The notes beneath the pieces are model-generated. The model did no database searches, was not told the origin of the DNA, and saw only the letters and a list, made by a program, of their open reading frames with translations. A stretch of 64,000 nucleotides of DNA from Eledone cirrhosa (Eukaryota): NCBI GenBank assembly GCA_964016885.1, contig OZ024743.1, forward strand, positions 39,680,001 to 39,744,000. The letters run 5' to 3'. This document shows, one piece after another, positions 56,112 to 64,000 of the stretch. Both the position numbers and the translations under genes were made by a program. Position 1 is the stretch's first letter. Every line of letters starts with the position of its first letter.

Positions 56112-59100
56112 TGGTGAAGCCACGCTTCTTATCGCCTCCAGTTTTTTTTTCAGCAGTTTACCTCGTATTCAACCTTTCTAAACCTTTTATTCAAGTTTTA
56201 AACTTGATAAAAGTTTAGAAGAAGTGGGTTCCCTCGTAAATAATGCGGCACCCCTTTTCGGCGCGTCATATTGTGTAAAAATATTATCTGAAAAATAAAA
56301 TGTCTTTCAACATGGATAACACAAGAAAGAGATAGAAAGAACGCTGTCAGACAACACAGAGAGAGGGAGACTGTGCCGACATATCAACAAGACAGCGTTC
56401 CAGCGAGGGTAAATAAAAGAGAAAATATTACGAAGGAAAAGAGAACAAAATCAGTTTTAATGATATTGTTACAGATTTAAAATTACCAACAAATCACCAA
56501 CAATGACACCAACAACCACACCATCAATAACAACAGCAACAACGAAAATAACAGCGGTAATGTCGAGAACGACAGTAACAATGACAATAACAACACCCAC
56601 AGCAACAATAATATCAGGAACAGTAGCAACAAAAATAACAATAATAACAACAGCCGCAATAACAGTAACAACAGCAACAGTATCAACGAAAACATCAACA
56701 ATGACGTCGACCCCTGTAACAGCGATCTCAGTACAAACAGCAATAGTGATGCCGCTGAAAAAGGGACCACTTCTTTTGCAGGTGTCGCCCGATATATCGA
56801 AACAGTGTTAGTCACAGAGGAGGAGATGGGAGTCGCAAATGCCATGGTGACAAGAAGCGCCAATAGAGTCTCCCTGAAACCTCCACCCGATTTTTTCAAG
56901 CACCAGCAGCTACGGACGGTGACTTACTGCACCGTAAGCAAAATCTCACATCGGGTGGAGAGAGACACGGAGGCTCAAATTCAAAAGGCCTTGGGGTGCG
57001 TCTGGGCGCGCCAAACCCACATCACCGAGGCAGAACGTACGCCACAGTAGACGTACTTTTCGCCACCCACACAAGAAGCGAAGTCTCACTCTTTGGAAAC
57101 GCTAAAGAGTGAGGAGATAGTCTTAGAGCCCTCCTACTACGGGCAGAATATTATGAGGGTCAAAGTGACCCAGGTCCCACCCGATGTTCAAATTCCTTGG
57201 CTGGCCGCGTCTTTCCTTGCTGGAATCGAGGACAGGATGACCATGCTGCAAGTAGAGAAAATAGGGAGAGAGAACTGGTCAGGTATAGGCATGCACATGC
57301 TTATACAAAACGACTAGGAGTGTATCGACGCTATCCCAGATATCATAGACCTCGAGAAGGACTCCAACTCCCTATAAGCGTGGAAGGAAGACGGCCAACA
57401 TTTTATCTCTGTGGGTCAAGGTGTCACCTCAGGGTCTTTTGCCCGCAGAAGACAGCGTAGAAGATGGCCCATCTCCTTCCAATACCTGCTCCGCTGTTAC
57501 CAAACGCAGGGCAGGCAACAGACGCAGAAGCCCCTTCCACGGTAAGTAGGCGGACAACGTCCGTGGCACCCGTACCAAGGCAACGGACAACTAATGCAGC
57601 AGCATCAGAGGCGGCAACAACAGTAGCTACATTTGCAGTAGCGGCACCTGAAACAAAATGGCCGGAGAGGGCTCCACTACCACCAACAACAGCCGTGGAG
57701 CACATACGCCACGGAATCCGACATGGAGTCTGAGGCGGGAGTGAAGTGGCAAACGATCTGCCACAAAAACAAAAAAACAAAAACACCTTAGCTTCATCCT
57801 CCAAACGCGGAGGCACACAATGAGGGGTAAAGGCTGCAAGGAGACTTGCAGCAAAACCACCACCATCACCACCACAAGCACCACCGCCGACAACAACCAA
57901 ACTACCACCAGCATCACCAAAAAACACTAACAACGCAAACAAAACAAAGCACACACACCCAACAGCAACGAGAAGAAAACTAACAATATCACCCTTCACC
58001 CCGAAAAGTACACGGCCATAAACATGGCAAATAAAGAATTCATACAATATATAAAGCAGCACACAGACATCACAGAAAAAAAATACTACACCCCACTTAC
58101 ACAAAGAACTCTCCTGACAAACATAAGCATCATTGATATCAAAATAGAACAGTAACAACTTTTAAAACAAAAATTCCCAACGCATTTGGAGACTTCAGAT
58201 TGTCGTTTACCAAGAGAATATACACTGACATCCTCATGGAAACACCCATTACCAGCCAAAGGGACGGTTCTACTGTCTCTTCACCACACGATCAAGGTAA
58301 GTGACCCTTTCTCACTTGCCCCGTTTTTCTCATCCAACATGGCCGTACTCAGAATAGGCAGCATAAATACACGTGGCCTGGGGTCATCTTGGAAGCAGGG
58401 TCTCTTGCTCAACGACATCAGGTCACTAAACATAGATGTGGTGGCCATCAGCGAGACAAGAATCACCGAAACACGAGCCTTCGCACCGATCTTCGGCGGT
58501 AACGATGTATACGCATCTCCCAGCCGTGCATGAACGGGGGGAGGGGTTGCCGTCCTTTTTCGGAGAGGCTTGGATCTCGCCATACAGGCCATCTTCCTAG
58601 ACCCAGAAGGTAAGTCGGTGGGGCTGGACGTGACCGGCAGCGAAGGCAATGTTTTCAGGCTAGTAGCCGTCTACACACCAACTGGGGCAGGACGGCCAGA
58701 TTTCTTCAGACGTCTAGAGACCTTTCTTGGAACGTCCCGCTCTTTAGTGTTAGTGGGCGACTGGAACGGTATATTGGATGCACGCTGGGATTGTGTGGGG
58801 ATAGTGGATAGGGAAGGACTCTGCAAAGCCTCACGAACCTGCTCAGACGTTTTGACCTGTCTGATAGGTATCGACTGTATCACCCGAATGTGCCAATGTG
58901 GATATTGACAAACCGAATCGGGTCATCCAGATTGTAGCTCGACAGGGTATTCTGCCGAGAACTAGATAAGGCTAGTATAAGTTGTCCACAATTTAAAATA
59001 GTCGACTACACAAACCACACATTGTGATCTGTGAGATCGACACAGACATATTTAATAGACAAGGACCCGGTTACTGGAAGCTGAACGCGTCTTAGCCGGC

Positions 59101-61080
59101 GCGCAAAGCCTATAGAGACCGGATTAGCGTATTGAATAAGCGGGCGTTGACGGGAGCGGTCATCAACAACAGGTGGTGGTTCGCCCTGAAAAAGACAATT
59201 AAAGTAGAGTCGATTATGTTTAGCAAAGGACTAGTGATAGAGGAAAATAGAGTAGAAGGAGAGCTAGTCAGAAAGCAATAACAGCCGGTAAAATACGGGA
59301 ATCGATGGCTAAAGGCATGAGGGGTAAATCGCCAAATTTGGATGGTCTGCCCTACGAGCTTCATGCATTTATGCCAGACTTGTTCGGTGACCTCTTGGCA
59401 GACGTCTACTGCTACTGGCAGCAGAACGGGAGCATTCCCAGTTTTGTGAGACTGTGAGCGGTGTCGCTGCTGTGACAAGACCCGAACAAGGGGGATGTTA
59501 TTTATTGGCAGTATCAGTAGAGGGTCGGACCCCATACTTTCCAGCATAGTTACGTCCCTTTACGATCTGGGTTCAAATCCCGCCGAGGTAGACTTTGCCT
59601 TTCATCCTTACGGGGTCGATAAAATAAAGTACCAGTAATGCACTGGATAATTGCTGACCTTGTGCCTAAAGTAGAAACAGTTATTTATAAGTTCAGGCCC
59701 ATAACCCTGCTAAACGCAGAGTTCAAGATTTTGGCCGAGGTTTTAGCAACGAGGTTGGCACTTGTCATTGAGGGTCTGGTGGGAGAGGTGCAGACATGCA
59801 CCATTCCGGACAGATCCATACACGACAACCTCCACCTCATGCGATACGTCGTAGAGAAGGTGGTTAAGGAACTTGTCACGGGTGGTGCGCTGATCAATTT
59901 GGATCAATCCAACGCATTTGATAGGGTCGACCATCGGTACCTGGCGGCGGTCCTCGAAGCAGCCGGTTTCGGGCCCGTTTTCAGGGTTGGATCACTGCAA
60001 TGTACAGCGACATATGCTCAGGTGTGAGGGTAAACGGTCACCTGTCGCAGCCGTTCAGCATCATGCGCTCGGTCCGCCAGGGTTGTCAACTCTCGTCCCT
60101 CTTGTACATATTGACGCTCGAGCCGTTACTGCACAAACCAGGGGCGATAGGGGGTGTCCAACGCGAACTAGGATGCGGGAAATCCGAGTCGGCTTCCACC
60201 AACGGCGTCACCTTGGTTGGTGTTGAGCACCAGATACGTCCATATGCTCGGCACCGCTCTCAAGGAATACGAAGCGGTGACAGGAGCAAAGATAAACCAG
60301 GCAAAGTCGGTGGGCTTGCAAATCAGCACCTGGAGAGGCAAGTCAAAGCCGTCCGATAGCGTCGTGGGGCGCTGGACTGACGGACCGGTTAAATTGCTCG
60401 GGGTCTGGTTCGGACCGAGATAACCGAGATAACCTCTACAGGCACGAAGTGCCGTCAGTCGAGCCTGTCCGAGATGCGCGCAGAGCGACGAAACCGTCGT
60501 GCACGCACGCATTCAGTGCCCGAGTATTGCTGACTTGTGGAGCTATGTTGAACAGTTGCTGTCGCGTGTAGGACTGATCTGGTTATCGACTGAATCCATT
60601 GTGCAAATAGTCTCGACCTCTTCCTTCGAGGAGGAAGGGCAGGCGGTTTTCATCTACCTGGTGGCCATGGCGAAAGAGATTGTGTTGTGAACAAGGTTGA
60701 AAGGGTTAAAGACAGACACATTCCTCTTCGGCGAATCCCTAATTAACTGTTTCAAGATTCACTTGAAGAGGAAAATCAGGGAGAGAGGCAAGTGTTGCCA
60801 TCTAGCAAGTATGTTGACAGGTGGGTGAATGTAGCGAGAATGGTCAGAAGAACGGGACCGCTCTGAATATATGCCTGTAGTTTGAGAAATGGACAAATTG
60901 AGAGAGTGCGCTTGCCCTGGTTGTCAGGGTGGCCGTGGTCTTTTGTGCGGTTTTCGCAACGAGTAACCCTCGGAGGTTTCCCCCGCTGTTGGGGAATTTT
61001 TCATTGTTTCAACTTTCATTTTTATCGTTTATATATATATATGTATGTTTCTATGTCTTTTAGTTTTTCTTTTCTTATAT
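56112..61080 (+). mobile_element. Second, older Tx1/L1-clade LINE with ORF1 and ORF2 remnants and internal deletions
   Basis: ORF1 remnant with decayed knuckle (RRPTFYLCGSRCHLRVFCP). ORF2 APE from 58339 (IGSINTRGL, VAISET, VLVGDWN). RT pieces homologous to 53.1-55.8 kb, with deletions near 59320 and 60420. Confidence 0.88.
59506..59679 (+). mobile_element. SINE inserted in the Tx1-like RT region
   Basis: Family consensus with TSD gttatttat. Confidence 0.9.
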
Positions 61081-61246
61081 AAATAATAAAATTCTTTACA
61101 CGCACAAATCCCACATCGTACCGTCCTGTGCCGTCTGTAATGTTTTTTTGATGTCAGCCCTTATATAAATCATTATTATTAATAATATTATTATTGCTGT
61201 TGTTGCTGTCGATGTTGTTTTTGTTGTTGTTGTTGTTATTATTATT

Positions 61247-61690
61247 GTTGATGAATTGACACTATCGGTAGAGCGTGGGACAATATTATACATGGCATGG
61301 ATTTTCGCCCCTTTACGTTTTGAGTTAAATCCCGCCAAGGCTATCTTTGCCTTTCATCCTTATGACGTCGATAAAATAAAGCACCAGTAATGCACTGGTG
61401 TCAATTCAATGAAAGTTTACTCCCTCCAAATTGTTGGACTTGAGCCTAAAGTAAAAAACAATTATAATTATTATTGGCGAATTGTCAGTATGGGTAGGGC
61501 ATTGGACAATATTATTCATAGCATATAGTTACGCCCATTTACGTTCTGAGTTCAAATCCAGCCGAGGGTAGCTTTGCCTTTCATTCATACGACATCGAGG
61601 AAATAAAGTACCCCTAACGCATTTGGTCAATTTAATCGACATTCACTTTTCCACAAATTGCTGGCCTTCTACCTATAGTAGAAACTATTA
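61247..61690 (+). mobile_element. Two tandem older SINE copies (longer subfamily)
   Basis: 61247-61465 and 61475-61690 have A/B boxes and the core, plus an extra ~25 nt before the 3' end. Confidence 0.82.
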
Positions 61691-61904
61691 TTATTTTTTT
61701 GAAAAATGGAATAAAATAAAAAATAAAAAACAATAATTATTATTTTTATTATCATTACAATTGCCTAGTTTGTTTGAGAAAGAGTATTCTACTGAAAATT
61801 ACAAGAACTATACTATTAAAAAAAACAAGTGTTCTTCCCTCTTAATTTGATGTACACAGACACAATGTACACGCATGCATGACCCAACATACACACACAC
61901 ACAC

Positions 61905-61966
<62 letters not shown>

Positions 61967-62028
61967 ATATATGCATATACTTATACACACACACATATAC
62001 ACACACACACATATATATGTAAGACATA

Positions 62029-62158
<130 letters not shown>

Positions 62159-62602
62159 CATGTGTAAGTGAATGATTATATCGTTGAATACGCGTATCAG
62201 TTATAATTTCGGTTTTGAATAATAATTAGATTTAATGAAATGTGTGATGTATTAAATGCATGAAAAATTAATTAACTAATCTTAAATTAATTTCCGGATA
62301 CGAACTACCAACATTTTAATTAAGTAATTCCAACTTAAATTATGAAGTTGTCTATGAAAGACACGGCTTTTATACTTGAAATTCTTCGATGTCAATTTGA
62401 TTATCAGAAATCTGATAAGTAGATATTTTACATTAGTGGTAAACATCTTGATTGGAAGACAACGGTGTATTAGGTGTATGACAAAGAAAAGTGAAAAAAG
62501 CCAGCCACCAGAATACAAGAAGCGAACAGTATATCTTTGTTGGTCTCTCCATCACTGATGCTCTCTGTCAAATCATCGCAGATGTTAGTAGAACCATTAT
62601 CA

Positions 62603-62702
<100 letters not shown>

Positions 62703-62714
62703 ATAGCAGGAAGA

Positions 62715-62756
62715 GGGTTTTAACATTTTGGACGCTAGTCCTTCATCAGAAGAAAG
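62715..62756 (-). ncRNA. Decayed hammerhead motif
   Basis: Minus strand CTGATGA-AGGAC tagc GTCC-aAAA (GAAA mutated), next to (TA)n. Confidence 0.45.
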
Positions 62757-63172
62757 AATGTGAAATAAAATAGATTGAGGGGACGTGCAGGATGGAATTG
62801 GAAAATATGTATTTAGATAAAAATAACAGGTCCATTCATGTTGACATCTCTTGCAAAACTGTTGGTGCTGGCGTTTTGTATATGATTTAATTTCTTAGAA
62901 GGGTGGATGATGGAGCGCGTCTATAATATATATATAATTAGAAAGTGAACAATACAAAATATAACAACTCCATTACCAAAGGTTTCTGGATGTTATTTCA
63001 TATTTTCTATCCATAACATCAGTGTCTGCTGACCGATCCAGACATATATTAATATCGTCTGGGATCCAGAAACATTTGGTAATGGAGTAGTTATATTTTG
63101 TGCTGTTCACTTTCTTATTAAATAGCTCTGTTCTATACATAGGGCACTTTACTTTTTCTTCGGAATTACCTA

Positions 63173-63207
<35 letters not shown>

Positions 63208-63210
<3 letters not shown>

Positions 63211-64000
63211 AAAGAATAGAGGTGTAACACACGAGTTAAGTTATATTGGTAAACGGAAAAGAAAATGCTGACAAATTGTTCACAGTGAAAAATAGTTTAA
63301 TTAGGAATAAGTGAGAATTAGTAATAGTATTGGTTAGTATTCAGTTTTGGTTTTAAGTTTTACCGGTTGCGCATTTCTAATGCTTTTCAAAAATAATTTT
63401 GAGATAGAGCGCCCGTGATGTTTGATCTAATCTGATTAGTTTTGGAAATTCTACCTGTTTTATGTTAAAAAAGTGGCTCCAGCGGTATTAAAATAAGTTT
63501 TGCGCCAACTCGTGTTGCAAAAATTCTTGTGGTCAAAACGATTTTGATTGGTCGGTAGAGGTCATGTGAATGTTAACAATTGATTTTGCTGAAAATATCG
63601 AATAATGTACACCATTTCACCAGTACCACAAAAATAATTACTGGTCCACCCACACACACACACACACACATTCTCACACACACACACACACGTGTATGCG
63701 CACACACGCACATGTATACACACACACATACACACGCGTACATTAACATACAAAGATATACATATATATACACACACACACACACACAGACACACACACA
63801 CATACACACACGCACACACACACACTCCTCCGTATAAGACAAGAGCTGAAAAATATATTTTAACATGTTAAAATATCCCCCACACACTTACAGACACATT
63901 CCTACTGACCATCCCTCTACCACGAATGACTCTGCTACACACACACACACACACTTATCTTAATAGGCAATTGAACTGTCAACAGGCTGCGGTTCGCACA
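63208..64000 (-). mobile_element. PLE 3' end (family E) running off the window
   Basis: 63208-63357 matches 14425-14590. U3-A8-type HHR motif at 63357-63395. (TA)n at the terminus. How far the element extends toward 64000 is uncertain. Confidence 0.7.

Overview
AT-rich, microsatellite-dense animal genomic DNA, probably intergenic or intronic. The SINE family and repeat landscape suggest an octopus or other cephalopod (inference only). I see no supportable host protein-coding gene, and most listed ORFs are microsatellite read-through. The window is dominated by retroelements. (1) Penelope-like elements (PLEs; RT + GIY-YIG remnants) plus about 15 fold-back (head-to-head inverted) PLE 3'-end insertions of 0.1-5 kb from roughly 10 families, nearly all embedded in (TA)n. 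Many carry hammerhead ribozyme (HHR) motifs. (2) R4/Dong-like RLE LINEs and Tx1/L1-like APE LINEs stacked in (AAT)n at 44.8-61 kb. (3) RTE fragments, about 11 tRNA-derived SINEs and a Helitron fragment. Main observations: the fold-back insertions have fixed outer ends and variable turn-around points; a bulged 'ACTC-stem-loop-GAGT' hairpin is shared across otherwise dissimilar families and sits a few nt beyond where the short arm stops; one PLE family has both an intron-retaining and a precisely spliced copy; and there are unusual HHR variants (U3-A8 core, 60-105 nt stem II insertions). All alignments and folds were done by eye, so coordinates are approximate.
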